Virus record (IMG/VR): IMGVR_UViG_3300037507_005588
Coordinates: 25,823 to 89,822 of that record
Source: a virus
Length of the DNA stretch: 64,000 bases
Reading direction: 5' to 3' (one strand)
Position numbers and translations under genes: made by a program. The notes beneath the pieces were generated by a model, which did no database searches, was not told where the DNA came from, and saw only the letters and a program-made list of their open reading frames with translations. Shown here piece by piece: positions 47,373-58,410 of the stretch. The stretch's first letter is position 1; each line of letters starts with the position of its first letter.

Positions 47373-48670
47373 TGAAAAAATTTATCAAAGAAGCGGACCC
47401 AAAGGACAGGTCGGAATTTGAAAAATCGACTAAGGGAATGTCTGGTGACATTAAAAGTAAAATGGAACGTGGTGAAACTCCTCTTTCCAAAAGTCCTGCT
47501 TTTCCTGACATCAAATCTCCTGAGGTTCCTGTTTCATTTGAAGAAAAAATTGCATCTAAAAGATTCAATGACGTAGTTGAAAAAGTAAAAAGATATACAG
47601 GTCAAGAAGACGTAAGAAGTCAGAATGCTTTGATGGGTTTACAGATGGCCATGATGGGTGCTGTAAGAGATGTTATAGGGATTCAGACTAGGAATAAAGA
47701 ATATTTAGAAAATTTAGCAGTAGATTTGGTAAGAAAAGAAATGGGTGTAAGACCTGACCAAGTCAATTATGATGCTAAGTTGGTGATGCCAGGACAAATT
47801 GATATGGCAGGTTTTTCCAAACAAGGTGAAGAACCTGAACAAGAAGACTTGGAACAAAATTTTGGTCAACAAGAAGAAGATATTGAAGATTTCATGACTG
47901 CGTTCGAAAGATTCGATATTGAAAAGGCAAAGAGAAGATTTATCAACGCACTAATTCAAGGTTCATCCAAAAAAGGTCACTACATGTTCGAATTGGTAAG
48001 AGATGAACTAGACCGAATTGATGAAAATCTTCTAAATCTTTATGGAGTTTTAATGTCTGTAAACGATTTGATGTATTGGGTATTACCTGACCAAGCGTTT
48101 GACATGATGATGAATCAAGGTGGTATTGCTGGAAAAGAAGAGGTTGACATTGAAACTGACCCTCCAACAGTAAAAGCTCGTGGAGTATTTTTTCCTGTAT
48201 TAGTCCACGAATTAATTAAAGGAACCATGGAAATTTTGGGAACTCAGGGTTTACCTGATGACCCTAAACAAGCCGAAATGGTAATGGCATCAACCGATAC
48301 TTTGGCAAATGAAATTTGGGATTTGAGACTTGGTCCAGTCCTGTGGGAAAAGTTTATTGAGGCTTATCCTGAACGTTTGTTTGACGAAGATAAACGATGG
48401 ATACAAAACTATCTATTTGCTCGTTTCTCAGCACTTTCTTCTGAAGAATTTTTCAAGTTGGCAAAAGCAATCCTAAAGGGAGATGTAAATGCTACCAAAA
48501 TTCTTGACAGAATGATTGATGAAATTGTACAACATTTGAATCAAGTTCACGACGATGAAGATTATTCAGATGATGATGAGGATACAACCGAACCTTCATC
48601 CGATGATGACGACGACAATTTGGATGACTTGGACGACTTTTTGGGTAGTTTAGGTATCAGTAGAAGCTGA
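47372..48670 (+). CDS. Conserved hypothetical protein upstream of terminase
   Basis: KRRFINALIQG, FPVLVHELIKG. Confidence 0.65.
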   Translation: MKKFIKEADPKDRSEFEKSTKGMSGDIKSKMERGETPLSKSPAFPDIKSPEVPVSFEEKIASKRFNDVVEKVKRYTGQEDVRSQNALMGLQMAMMGAVRDVIGIQTRNKEYLENLAVDLVRKEMGVRPDQVNYDAKLVMPGQIDMAGFSKQGEEPEQEDLEQNFGQQEEDIEDFMTAFERFDIEKAKRRFINALIQGSSKKGHYMFELVRDELDRIDENLLNLYGVLMSVNDLMYWVLPDQAFDMMMNQGGIAGKEEVDIETDPPTVKARGVFFPVLVHELIKGTMEILGTQGLPDDPKQAEMVMASTDTLANEIWDLRLGPVLWEKFIEAYPERLFDEDKRWIQNYLFARFSALSSEEFFKLAKAILKGDVNATKILDRMIDEIVQHLNQVHDDEDYSDDDEDTTEPSSDDDDDNLDDLDDFLGSLGISRS

Positions 48671-48680
48671 ACTTAACTAT

Positions 48681-50450
48681 ATGGGTCTTTCCCGTGAACA
48701 ATTATTATTAGAATACACGAAGTGCATGCAGAATACTCCGTATGCGCTTCGAACTTATTTGCAGACATACGACAATACCCAATCGAGGTATGTTCCGTTA
48801 GAACTATTCCCTGACCAAGTTAGGTTAGTAGAAGATTACGATAGTTTTAATGAAAATATTGCCCTGAAATACCGACAAGCGGGTGTATCAACGGTTACCG
48901 CAGCATGGGCAAGTAAGAAACTTGTATTCGCTAGAAAAAACAAACCAGAAAAGGTTTTGATTATTGCCAATAAATTGGATACCTCTGTAGAATTTGCCAA
49001 CAAAATCAGGGAATTTACAGACCAATGGCCTTCGTGGGTTGGAGTGACTTTTTCCAACGACAAAAATGCTGCAAAACACTACAAACTCACAAACGGATGT
49101 GAGGTTAAGGCAGTTGCAACATCTAAAGACGCATTACGTGGATATACCCCCACGATTCTTATATTTGATGAAGCGGCGTTTATTGACGCGGACAGTGATT
49201 TCTGGGCGGCTTGTATGGCGTCACTATCCACAGGTGGTAAAGTGATTGTTATATCCACACCAAACGGATATGACCCCATCTATTACGAAATCTATGAACA
49301 GGCAAATCGTGGAATGAACGATTTTAAGATTACTGAGATGTATTGGTATCGAGACCCAAGATATACTAAAGATTTATACTTGGTAAAAACTGATGATATT
49401 GTTCATTATTTTCTAAACAGAGAGGAATATAAAAATGAAAAAATTTTAGATTACTCTGACGTAAACCCATTTGAAAGAAATTTTGCTGAGTTGGTAGATT
49501 TGTTCAAACAAGGTTGGAAACCATCCTCATCTTGGTTTGAGGCGATGGTGAAAAAACTCAAGTACGACAAAAGAAAAGTTGCTCAAGAATTGGAATGTAA
49601 TTTCCTCGGTTCAGGTGACAACGTTTTTGACTCAAATATGTTGAAGAGTATTACAGACAATATGGTTCAAGAACCCCCCACCAAAATGATGAGTGGTGGT
49701 TTGTGGATTTGGAAGGAACCAGAACTTGGTCACAAATATATTATGGGTGTTGACGTTTCTCGTGGAGATTCTGAGGACTTTTCCACATTTCAAATTTATG
49801 ATTTTGACGACAGGGAACAAGTTGCCGAATATCTAGGTAAAGTTCCACCTGATGTTTTAGCTGAAATTGCTTATAAATGGGGGAATATGTATAAAGCCTT
49901 TATTGTTGTGGATATCACTGGTGGGATGGGGGTATCGACTTCGAGGAAATTACAAGAACTTGGTTATAAAGATTTGTATGTCGATGGAGTAGAGTTTGGT
50001 AATAAATGGAAATATGACCCAAAAATGGATTTGAAGATTCCGGGTATTAACTTTAACTCAAAACGTGTTCAAATAATTGCATCTTTTGAAGAAGGGTTAA
50101 GACATGGATTAAAAATTAGGTCTTCACGATTATTGAACGAGATGAATACGTTTGTTTACATCAATGGTAGGCCAGACCACATGAAGGGGCAACATGATGA
50201 TTTGATTATGTCCTTGGCAATGGCTGTGTATGTTTCTGACTCATCGTTTTCCCAATTGACAAAGGTATCTGAGCAGGCTAAAACTATGTTGGAATCATGG
50301 ACGGTTCAATCATATGAAAAACCACAAGAAACGTACTTCAACCCATCTATTTCGAATAATAACTTCAAAAGGAATGTTGCATATCAAAATGAACCTAGCA
50401 AAAGCGATTATGAAAAGTATTTATGGTTATTCGGCGGTGGCAAGCGTTGA
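48681..50450 (+). CDS. terL: Terminase large subunit (T4 gp17-like)
   Basis: KYRQAGVST Walker A, IFDEAAF Walker B, STPNG, MGVDVSRG and HDDLIM nuclease motifs. Confidence 0.93.
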   Translation: MGLSREQLLLEYTKCMQNTPYALRTYLQTYDNTQSRYVPLELFPDQVRLVEDYDSFNENIALKYRQAGVSTVTAAWASKKLVFARKNKPEKVLIIANKLDTSVEFANKIREFTDQWPSWVGVTFSNDKNAAKHYKLTNGCEVKAVATSKDALRGYTPTILIFDEAAFIDADSDFWAACMASLSTGGKVIVISTPNGYDPIYYEIYEQANRGMNDFKITEMYWYRDPRYTKDLYLVKTDDIVHYFLNREEYKNEKILDYSDVNPFERNFAELVDLFKQGWKPSSSWFEAMVKKLKYDKRKVAQELECNFLGSGDNVFDSNMLKSITDNMVQEPPTKMMSGGLWIWKEPELGHKYIMGVDVSRGDSEDFSTFQIYDFDDREQVAEYLGKVPPDVLAEIAYKWGNMYKAFIVVDITGGMGVSTSRKLQELGYKDLYVDGVEFGNKWKYDPKMDLKIPGINFNSKRVQIIASFEEGLRHGLKIRSSRLLNEMNTFVYINGRPDHMKGQHDDLIMSLAMAVYVSDSSFSQLTKVSEQAKTMLESWTVQSYEKPQETYFNPSISNNNFKRNVAYQNEPSKSDYEKYLWLFGGGKR

Positions 50451-50478
50451 TAAAATATTGGCATGATGTAATTTTTGT

Positions 50479-52287
50479 ATGATGGCAGAAAATGAAAAAA
50501 ATTTAACAGTTTGGCAGAGGTTATCCCAAACTTTCGGACCCAATTCTTTATTGGGTCAAGATATTCCTACGTATCAATACGACAAAAAAGTTTTATTGAG
50601 AACTACGGACAAAGACGAATACGAAAAACAAAAATTACAAGCTCGTCAAACTTACTATTTGTCTCAACAATGGGCAAAAATTGAGAATAATTTATACTCT
50701 CAAGCAATTTATTATGAACCAACAAGATTGGCTTCATATTACGACTACGAATCAATGGAATACACTCCCGAGATTTCTGCCGCTTTGGATACCTATGCTG
50801 AAGAATCTACCACAGTGGATGAGAATGGACACATGTTACAAATCTATTCTGACTCACCACGTATCAAATCTATTTTGGGTGATTTATTTAACAATGCTTT
50901 GGATATCAACACCAACCTTCCCATGTGGACAAGAAACACTTCGAAATATGGTGATAACTTTGTTTTCTTAAAATTAGACCCAGTCAAGGGTGTTGTTGGT
51001 TGTTTACAACTACCAAACATCGAAATTGAAAGAATTGAAGTAGGTATGAGAGGACGAGCAACTTCAGGGTTGGGTGGTGCTCCTACAACAACAGATGCTA
51101 GAAGTTTAACTTTTACGTGGAAAAACAAAAACTTAGAATTTAATAGTTGGGAGATTGCTCACTTTAGATTGTTGGGTGACGATAGAAAATTACCTTATGG
51201 TACTTCCATGTTGGAAAAAGCTAGAAGAATTTGGAAACAACTGGTTCTTTCGGAAGACGCTATGTTGGTTTATCGTGTATCGAGAGCACCCGAGAGAAGA
51301 GTTTTCAAAGTTTACGTGGGTAATATGGAAGACCAAGACGTTCAACCATACCTACAAAGGTTTGCACAACAATTCAAAAAAGACTCTGTCGTAGACCCTC
51401 AAACAGGAAACGTAGATATGAGATTCAACCAAATGGCGGTTGACCAAGATTTCTTTATTCCAGTTAGAGACCCAGCAGCTCCAAATCCGATTGAAACCTT
51501 GGATGGCGCGAAAAACTTATCAGAAATCGCCGACATTGAGTACATTCAAAAGAAATTATTGACAGCACTGAGGATTCCAAAGGCGTTTTTGGGATTTGAA
51601 GAAGTTGTGGGAGATGGTAGAAACTTATCTCTACAAGACATCCGTTTTGCCCGTACAATCAATAGGATTCAAAAATCTATGATTGCCGAGTTAAATAAGA
51701 TTGCAATTGTTCATTTGTTTTTATTGGGATTTGAAGACGAACTTGGTTCGTTCCAACTTAGTTTGACAAATCCATCGAAACAAGCTGATTTACTTACCAT
51801 AGATGTTTGGAAAGAAAAAATGTTATTGTATAAAGACGCCGTGACAGCGGTAGATGGTATTGCACCTGTTTCACAGACATGGGCTAAAAAACATATAATT
51901 GGTTTCTCAGATGAAGAAATCAAATTGGATTTACAACAACAAAGAATCGAAAAGGCGGTTGCAACTGAAATTCAAAATACTCCTAACGTGATTACCAAGA
52001 CTGGTTTATTTGATAATATTGATAAACTTTATGGAGGTTCTACAACCGGGGCAACGACGAGTAGTGATACGGGTATTGATGCTGGTTTGGGAGAATTACC
52101 CTCAGAAACTCCAATCGAGTCACCCACGGAAGGAGCTCCCGCAGAAATTACACCTGAATCTACAAATAAACAAGACAAGGTCATTTACGATTCAGAAAAC
52201 TTGGGGACAATTATGGAAATTGATTTGGATAAAGGAAGACGTTCTTTGGGTGAAATAGAAGAGCGTCTGTCTAAACTAATTAACTAA
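50479..52287 (+). CDS. Portal protein (T4 gp20-like)
   Basis: KYGDNF, EDAMLVYRVSRAPERRVF, DFFIP, DIEYIQKKLLTALRIP. Confidence 0.92.
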   Translation: MMAENEKNLTVWQRLSQTFGPNSLLGQDIPTYQYDKKVLLRTTDKDEYEKQKLQARQTYYLSQQWAKIENNLYSQAIYYEPTRLASYYDYESMEYTPEISAALDTYAEESTTVDENGHMLQIYSDSPRIKSILGDLFNNALDINTNLPMWTRNTSKYGDNFVFLKLDPVKGVVGCLQLPNIEIERIEVGMRGRATSGLGGAPTTTDARSLTFTWKNKNLEFNSWEIAHFRLLGDDRKLPYGTSMLEKARRIWKQLVLSEDAMLVYRVSRAPERRVFKVYVGNMEDQDVQPYLQRFAQQFKKDSVVDPQTGNVDMRFNQMAVDQDFFIPVRDPAAPNPIETLDGAKNLSEIADIEYIQKKLLTALRIPKAFLGFEEVVGDGRNLSLQDIRFARTINRIQKSMIAELNKIAIVHLFLLGFEDELGSFQLSLTNPSKQADLLTIDVWKEKMLLYKDAVTAVDGIAPVSQTWAKKHIIGFSDEEIKLDLQQQRIEKAVATEIQNTPNVITKTGLFDNIDKLYGGSTTGATTSSDTGIDAGLGELPSETPIESPTEGAPAEITPESTNKQDKVIYDSENLGTIMEIDLDKGRRSLGEIEERLSKLIN

Positions 52288-52311
52288 TATATTTATAGTA
52301 AAATATATCAA

Positions 52312-53013
52312 ATGAACTTCGGAGAAATTTTATCTAAAATTGAGTCAAAAATGGTATCGTCATACGTGAATGGTACTTTGAAAGAAGATACGCTAAACTT
52401 CAAAAAATTTGTTTTGGAGAATAAAACAATTAGTTCTTTGACTCACCTATATACTGAACTTGATAAGAGTCAAGGTTTGGATAAAGAAACTGCTGAATTA
52501 TTTATTTTTGAGTCTGTTAGACAGATTGAAAAGTTCTTACCGAAGTTAGATTTGACAAAAGTTGCAAAATGGACTCAAAATGTTGTTTGTGAAAACCAAT
52601 ACAAATCAATTGACAATTTGGTATATACTCTTCCAACAACAATTTTAGAATCTGTAGAAAGTAGAAAAAATATTATTTCAACTTTGACTCAAAAACCGCA
52701 AGTAAAAGAATCAATTAATTTACCTATTGAAACAATTTTCAATATTGCGGGAAAACAATTAGAAAATTATATTCAAAATTTAGATGAATCTTCAAAAAAA
52801 GATTTGTCAAAAGTTTTAATGACTGAAGATACACAACTAACAGTAGAATTCGAAGACTTAAAAACTAAAACGGTAGATGCTTTGAGAAAGATTTCATCTG
52901 ATGATGAACTAACTCAAAATAAATTGAACGAAACTATCGAACAAGTTTCACAAGACAACTATTCAAAGATTAATTACGTAAGATTATACAATTTATTCAA
53001 TAATCTTAACTAA
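52312..53013 (+). CDS. Conserved head-module hypothetical protein
   Basis: MNFGEILSKIE; TATTTATA 52290-52297. Confidence 0.6.
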   Translation: MNFGEILSKIESKMVSSYVNGTLKEDTLNFKKFVLENKTISSLTHLYTELDKSQGLDKETAELFIFESVRQIEKFLPKLDLTKVAKWTQNVVCENQYKSIDNLVYTLPTTILESVESRKNIISTLTQKPQVKESINLPIETIFNIAGKQLENYIQNLDESSKKDLSKVLMTEDTQLTVEFEDLKTKTVDALRKISSDDELTQNKLNETIEQVSQDNYSKINYVRLYNLFNNLN

Positions 53014-53201
53014 TCTTTTTCACTATCCTTTTTATTCTGAACGTACTTGGCTTTCAAAATTTGGGAACGATGTGAAACGCTCTTTTTTTGGAATTGTTGT
53101 CTTTTACGTAACTTGTCCAATTGCTTGGTTTTAATAACTTTTCCCTTAAGAATTTTGAGGGCTTTTTCGATGTTTGACTTTTCGACTATTACGTGAAGCA
53201 T
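53010..53201 (-). CDS. rpsU: 30S ribosomal protein bS21, phage-encoded
   Basis: NIEKALK.LK.K......L.KRQQF.K.SV..R.QI.KA.Y aligns with Bacteroidota bS21. Confidence 0.88.
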   Translation of the reverse strand: MLHVIVEKSNIEKALKILKGKVIKTKQLDKLRKRQQFQKKSVSHRSQILKAKYVQNKKDSEKD

Positions 53202-53308
53202 AGATTTGTTTATTGGTATAAATAACTTGTAAAAAAGAAAAAATTTGACGGAGTAACTTTTATACCTATTATTTTACTACAAATAAATTAGTAGTACTCA
53301 AATAACAC

Positions 53309-53749
53309 ATGAAAAAAGGAAAAACCTCTCGTATTGCAGGGTTTCCCGAAGCTAAAATTACTTACGGAACAGTAGACTCAAAAAATCTAAAATCAGTTTA
53401 TCTAAATTTACAAAGTTGGGTCAATCCCAAAGATGAATATGAAAATTGGGACAGAATTGTTTCATATTTTTCTAAGACAATAAAAAATTCTGTCTACGAA
53501 GTTTTGGATAAAGAAATCTTTAAGGAAAACTATATAGTAGATTTAGATTTGAGAAGTAGTGGTATTGTCACAGGAAAAAAGAGTTTCATGAATTTAGAAA
53601 TTACTTTTTTTACCAACCAAGAATTCGATTTCAAAGATGTAATCCTCAAAGAATCCCTAAGAAGAGTTACTCGAAATATATACATTGAGAATTTCAAGAA
53701 AAACAAATATTTTGATTTTACAATCTCAAAAAAAGTAAAAGAAGCTTAA
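53309..53749 (+). CDS. Hypothetical protein
   Basis: YGTVDSKNLKSVYL, IVDLDLRSSGI. Confidence 0.6.
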   Translation: MKKGKTSRIAGFPEAKITYGTVDSKNLKSVYLNLQSWVNPKDEYENWDRIVSYFSKTIKNSVYEVLDKEIFKENYIVDLDLRSSGIVTGKKSFMNLEITFFTNQEFDFKDVILKESLRRVTRNIYIENFKKNKYFDFTISKKVKEA

Positions 53750-53776
53750 AGGTATATTTATTACTAAAATATCTTT

Positions 53777-54499
53777 ATGAAAATTTTGGGACCTAACGAT
53801 ACTGGCAAAGGAATTCTAATTGAATATGATGCAGGTTTAGTATCACCTAACCATGAGTTTAACAAAAAAATGATTCAAGAATCTAACAAAACTATGTTGG
53901 ATTATTCTAAACCTTTTGAGTTTTATGCCGTATTACAAAAGTATAATACGCCAAACAGAAATGGTCGTGTTTATCCCGAGAGAATCCTAAAAAGAGAAGC
54001 CGAAAACTATAAAAAGGCAATCGCGAAAGGTGTAGCACTTTCTGAACTCAATCACCCTGAATCTTCACTGATTGATTTGGATAGAGTTTCACACAGTATC
54101 GAAGATGTTTGGTGGGACGGTCATATTTTGATGGGTAAATTAAAATTGTTAACCTCACCTGGGTTTCATGAAAGAGGTATTGTATCTACCAAAGGTGACC
54201 AAGCGGCAAACCTTTTGAGACAGGGTGTAACTTTGGGTATATCATCAAGAGGTGTTGGGTCCCTTAAAAAAGTTGGGGAACAAAATGAAGTTCAAGATGA
54301 TTTTGAATTGATTTGTTTCGATTTGGTTTCTTCACCATCTACTCCTGGCGCATATCTTTTCACAAATCCTGAGGATAGAAATAACTTCGAAGAAAATTTG
54401 GAAGAGGAAAAAAGAGAACGTTCTACCGAAATTCATTCAACTGGTTTGAATCGCTCAGTTGACTTATTGAAAAAATTAAATCATTATTTGAATAAATAA
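53777..54499 (+). CDS. Prohead protease (T4 gp21-like)
   Basis: NRNGRVYP, ELNHP, GISSRGVGS, DLVSSPSTPGA. Confidence 0.92.
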   Translation: MKILGPNDTGKGILIEYDAGLVSPNHEFNKKMIQESNKTMLDYSKPFEFYAVLQKYNTPNRNGRVYPERILKREAENYKKAIAKGVALSELNHPESSLIDLDRVSHSIEDVWWDGHILMGKLKLLTSPGFHERGIVSTKGDQAANLLRQGVTLGISSRGVGSLKKVGEQNEVQDDFELICFDLVSSPSTPGAYLFTNPEDRNNFEENLEEEKRERSTEIHSTGLNRSVDLLKKLNHYLNK

Positions 54500-54508
54500 A
54501 AAATACTT

Positions 54509-54721
54509 ATGGACGAAAAATATTTTGTAGCAAAAATCACTTATGATTTACCTGACGATAATACAGGTAAAATCAAAAAAATCAGAGAGGAAAAACTCGT
54601 AAGAGGATATAACGTAACTGATGTAGAAGCTAAAGTCACAAAAAGATATTCGGGTTTTCAACATGATTGGAGAATAACCGCAGTATCTGAAAGTAAAATA
54701 GACGAAGTGATTGAAGAATAA
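54509..54721 (+). CDS. DUF4494-like small protein
   Basis: YFVAKITY...GKIKKIREEKLV....TDVEAKV. Confidence 0.5.
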   Translation: MDEKYFVAKITYDLPDDNTGKIKKIREEKLVRGYNVTDVEAKVTKRYSGFQHDWRITAVSESKIDEVIEE

Positions 54722-54722
54722 G

Positions 54723-54749
54723 AAAACCCCTCCGAAAGAGGGGTTTTTT
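54723..54749 (+). terminator. Intrinsic terminator
   Basis: AAAACCCCTC-CGAAA-GAGGGGTTTTTT. Confidence 0.8.
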
Positions 54750-54832
54750 AATTATATGAAGTTTATAATAACAGAAAAAAGAATTTTTTAAGTTTTGGCT
54801 ATATTTATAGTGTAAATTATTCACAATATAAT

Positions 54833-56449
54833 ATGGCAGAAAATAAGTCATTAGTTGAGGAAGCACTACTCCAAATGAAAAATTTGGAACAAGTAGTAGC
54901 GGAAAATGCAAAAGGAATACTTGCTTCTACAATGAAGGAAGAAATCTCTGAACTAGTAAAAGAGTCTTTGAAAGAGGCTGAAGAGGAATCTAACGAAATG
55001 GAAATGGACGAACAACCTGAAATGGATGTTATGACTATTGATATGGATTCCGAAGAATCTGACGATGAATCCGAAGAAATGATTAATATGGATTCTGAAG
55101 ACGACATGGATGACATGGAGTCTGAGGATGAAATGGATTTTGAACTTTCTATGGATGATGAAGAAGAAGATGAACAACCAATCGACCTTAGAAATGCTTC
55201 TACAGAAGAAATTCTTAAAGTATTCAAGAAAATGGGTGATGAAGATGGAATTATTGTAACTCAGGATGATGAAGACATTCATCTTACCGATAACGATGAG
55301 GATGTTGAGTATATTATCCAAACTGAAGGTGACGATGAATCTGATGAGGAAGTTATCGATGAAGAAATGCACGGAGAAGAAATGGAAGAAAACATTTCTG
55401 ATGAAGAGCTAGATTCGATGATGGACAGTATTTTCCAAGAATCTGAAATGGAAGAAGAAGACTCAATGGAAGAAGATGAAGTTGTTTATGAAATCGAAAT
55501 GGACATGGAAGATGATGAAATGGAAGATTCAGAAATGGACGAAGAGTACATGGAAGAAGAAGACATGATGGAGGCTATTGGTTTCAAACCAGTTATGGGT
55601 CACACAAAAAAATCAACATTAACAAATAAAGCTAAGAAAATGGAAACAAAAGAAGGTGACATGATGACCAAACCTGTAGTAGGTAAAGGTGTTAAAACAG
55701 GAAAACCTGATTTTGAATTCAAAGAAGGTAAGAAGATGGAAACTAAGGAAGAAGTCATCGAACCTAAAGGTTCAGCTAAAGGTGTTAATATGAATTTGAA
55801 ACCTAAGAAGTTTGAATATACAGAAGCAAAAAAGAAGCAGGGTTATGATGCTCGTGAAGACGAGAGAGAAGGAATGAAGCACGGCAAGATTGCTGGTAAA
55901 GATTTGAAAACTACCAAAGCAAGAAGAGACGATGCTCATTTTGAAACTCGTAAAAAAGGAGAACATTCAGAAGCTGCAAGAACATTAGGTAATGGAACAA
56001 GAAATTACCCTATGAGAAAAGGTCTTCCAAAAATGAAAGTTATACCAAACGAATATCTTCAAGAAGAAGTCGAAAGATTAAGAAATAAAAACGATGAGTA
56101 CCGTAAGGCTCTTAACGTGTTCAGAGAAAAACTGAATGAAGTTGCGGTATTTAATTCAAATTTGGCATACGCTACTAGATTGTTCACAGAGCATACAACC
56201 ACAAAACAAGAAAAAATCAATATCTTAAGAAGATTTGATGATGTGGAAAGTCTTAAAGAATCTAAAAATCTGTATGGTACTATTAAAAATGAGTTGAATA
56301 CTCAGGTTCAAAGTGTTGTAACTGAATCTATCAAAGAGATTGACAAATCTCCAGCATCAGGTTCATCACAAAACTTAATTGAATCTAAAACGTATGAAAA
56401 TCCACAGTTCTTAAGAATGAAGGATATCATGTCAAAAATTAACAGATAA
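54833..56449 (+). CDS. Prohead scaffolding/core protein
   Basis: Acidic coiled coil directly upstream of capsid gene; LNEVAVFNSNLAY. Confidence 0.75.
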   Translation: MAENKSLVEEALLQMKNLEQVVAENAKGILASTMKEEISELVKESLKEAEEESNEMEMDEQPEMDVMTIDMDSEESDDESEEMINMDSEDDMDDMESEDEMDFELSMDDEEEDEQPIDLRNASTEEILKVFKKMGDEDGIIVTQDDEDIHLTDNDEDVEYIIQTEGDDESDEEVIDEEMHGEEMEENISDEELDSMMDSIFQESEMEEEDSMEEDEVVYEIEMDMEDDEMEDSEMDEEYMEEEDMMEAIGFKPVMGHTKKSTLTNKAKKMETKEGDMMTKPVVGKGVKTGKPDFEFKEGKKMETKEEVIEPKGSAKGVNMNLKPKKFEYTEAKKKQGYDAREDEREGMKHGKIAGKDLKTTKARRDDAHFETRKKGEHSEAARTLGNGTRNYPMRKGLPKMKVIPNEYLQEEVERLRNKNDEYRKALNVFREKLNEVAVFNSNLAYATRLFTEHTTTKQEKINILRRFDDVESLKESKNLYGTIKNELNTQVQSVVTESIKEIDKSPASGSSQNLIESKTYENPQFLRMKDIMSKINR

Positions 56450-56480
56450 AAATAAATAAATTAAAAAAACCAATATTAAA

Positions 56481-58325
56481 ATGGGCGCATTATTAGAAAG
56501 TGGTCTAGTTGGTAACATCGGTCTTAAGCACTTGAAAGTTATCAAAGAAGACACAGTAAATAAGTGGGACAAATTAGGATTCCTTGAGGGTCTAGGTGGT
56601 CACTTGAAAGAGAACGTAGCTCAGTTGTACGAAAACCAAGCTTCATATTTGATTAACGAAGCTTCTTCAACTTCTGACTCAGGTTCTTTCGAGACCGTAG
56701 TTTTCCCAATCGTAAGAAGAGTATTCTCTAAACTTCTTGCAAACGATATCGTATCTGTACAAGCAATGAACTTACCAATCGGTAAATTGTTCTACTTCGT
56801 ACCTAAAATCCAAGGTTACTCTGGTGGTACTACTCCTAACGACCTAGGTTACTTCGGTCAATCTGGTGACCACTACGCTCCTGTAGGTTCTCCAGGTAAC
56901 TACCCAGGTAATCCTGACGCTGGTTACACTAACGGTACAGGTTCTTACAATCCTACATACACAAAGGATTTGTATGACTTGTTCTACGAAGGTAACGAAG
57001 CTGGTTTGAATCCTCCAGGTTTGTTTGACTACTCTAAAGGTAAGTGGTCAGCTACTACAGCTGCTACTACAACTGTAGCTTGGAACAACAATGGTCTTAT
57101 GGTTCCTGCAGCATACGCTATAAACGATTACAGAAAGGTTATTATCGTATTGAGTGGTTTCTCTAACTCAGGTGCTGGTCAACTTATCGGACCTAATGGT
57201 AACACTATGGATACAGAAGAATTCCTTTCAGGATTGAACATCTTCGGTGTTCCTTCAAACGCGACTACTTCTGCTAACACCAGCAATCCTTACTTATTCA
57301 GAGTAGTAACTCAAAGATACGGTAAGGGTATCGTAGAATACGGTAACCAAGCTTCAACTACTTGGCCAACAACTGGTTCAGGTGGTCAGTACTACAACGT
57401 ATGTGACGCTAACGGTAGAATTTACTTGGAGGTAGACCTTCAGGTTCCTGTTTGTATTGAGTGTGGTCAAACAACTCCTGATGGTTACACAGGTTCAACA
57501 TTCGAATCTACACCAGCATTGAACCAAGCGTTCGTTGGTGTTTACAGAATCTACAAAGAACTTGAATTCGAAGACCAAATCGGTGAAGTTTCTTTCGACC
57601 TTGAGTCAGTAACTGTTTCTGTTACAGAAAGAAAACTTAGAGCACAATGGTCTCCTGAATTGGCACAAGACGTTGCGGCATTCCACAACATCGACGCTGA
57701 AGCTGAATTGACAGCTTTATTGTCTGAGCAAGTGGCTGCTGAAATCGATAGAGAAATCTTGAGAGACTTGAGAAAAGGTGCAGCTTGGAACCTAAGATGG
57801 GATTACAACGGATGGAAGAGACTTGCTTCTAGCGGTACAACTCCATACACTCAGAAAGACTGGAACCAAACTTTGATTACTGCAATCAACCAATTGTCAG
57901 CTCAAATCCACAAATCAACTTTGAGAGGTGGTGCTAACTGGATTGTTGTTTCTTCTGAAGTTTCAGCTATCTTTGACGACTTGGAGTACTTCCACGTTTC
58001 AAACGCGGCTCCTGAGCAGGACCAATACAACATGGGTATCGAAAGAATCGGTACTTTGTCAGGTAGATACCAAGTGTATCGTGACCCTTACTTCCCAGCT
58101 AACCAAGTGTTGATTGGACACAAAGGAACTAGCTTGTTGGATACAGGTTACATTTACGCTCCATACGTACCTCTACAATTGACTCCAACAATGTATAACC
58201 CATTCAACTTCACTCCTATCAAGGGTATCATGACTAGATACGCTAAGAAGATGGTTAACAACCGTTTCTATGGTAGAGTAACAGTTGACGGTGTTAGAAC
58301 ATTCGACTTGAGAGAATTGAGATAA
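56481..58325 (+). CDS. Major capsid protein (T4 gp23-like)
   Basis: FPIVRRVF, VSVQAM, RKLRAQWSPELAQD, EIDREIL, YAPYVPL, TRYAK. Confidence 0.95.
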   Translation: MGALLESGLVGNIGLKHLKVIKEDTVNKWDKLGFLEGLGGHLKENVAQLYENQASYLINEASSTSDSGSFETVVFPIVRRVFSKLLANDIVSVQAMNLPIGKLFYFVPKIQGYSGGTTPNDLGYFGQSGDHYAPVGSPGNYPGNPDAGYTNGTGSYNPTYTKDLYDLFYEGNEAGLNPPGLFDYSKGKWSATTAATTTVAWNNNGLMVPAAYAINDYRKVIIVLSGFSNSGAGQLIGPNGNTMDTEEFLSGLNIFGVPSNATTSANTSNPYLFRVVTQRYGKGIVEYGNQASTTWPTTGSGGQYYNVCDANGRIYLEVDLQVPVCIECGQTTPDGYTGSTFESTPALNQAFVGVYRIYKELEFEDQIGEVSFDLESVTVSVTERKLRAQWSPELAQDVAAFHNIDAEAELTALLSEQVAAEIDREILRDLRKGAAWNLRWDYNGWKRLASSGTTPYTQKDWNQTLITAINQLSAQIHKSTLRGGANWIVVSSEVSAIFDDLEYFHVSNAAPEQDQYNMGIERIGTLSGRYQVYRDPYFPANQVLIGHKGTSLLDTGYIYAPYVPLQLTPTMYNPFNFTPIKGIMTRYAKKMVNNRFYGRVTVDGVRTFDLRELR

Positions 58326-58347
58326 TATTTATCTTAATTAACAACAG

Positions 58348-58374
58348 AAGGGAGACGAAAGTCTCCCTTTTTTT
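58348..58374 (+). terminator. Intrinsic terminator after capsid gene
   Basis: AAGGGAGAC-GAAA-GTCTCCCTTTTTTT. Confidence 0.85.
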
Positions 58375-58410
58375 ATTTTACGGGTATTTATAAGATATAA
58401 TTTTCAAAAG

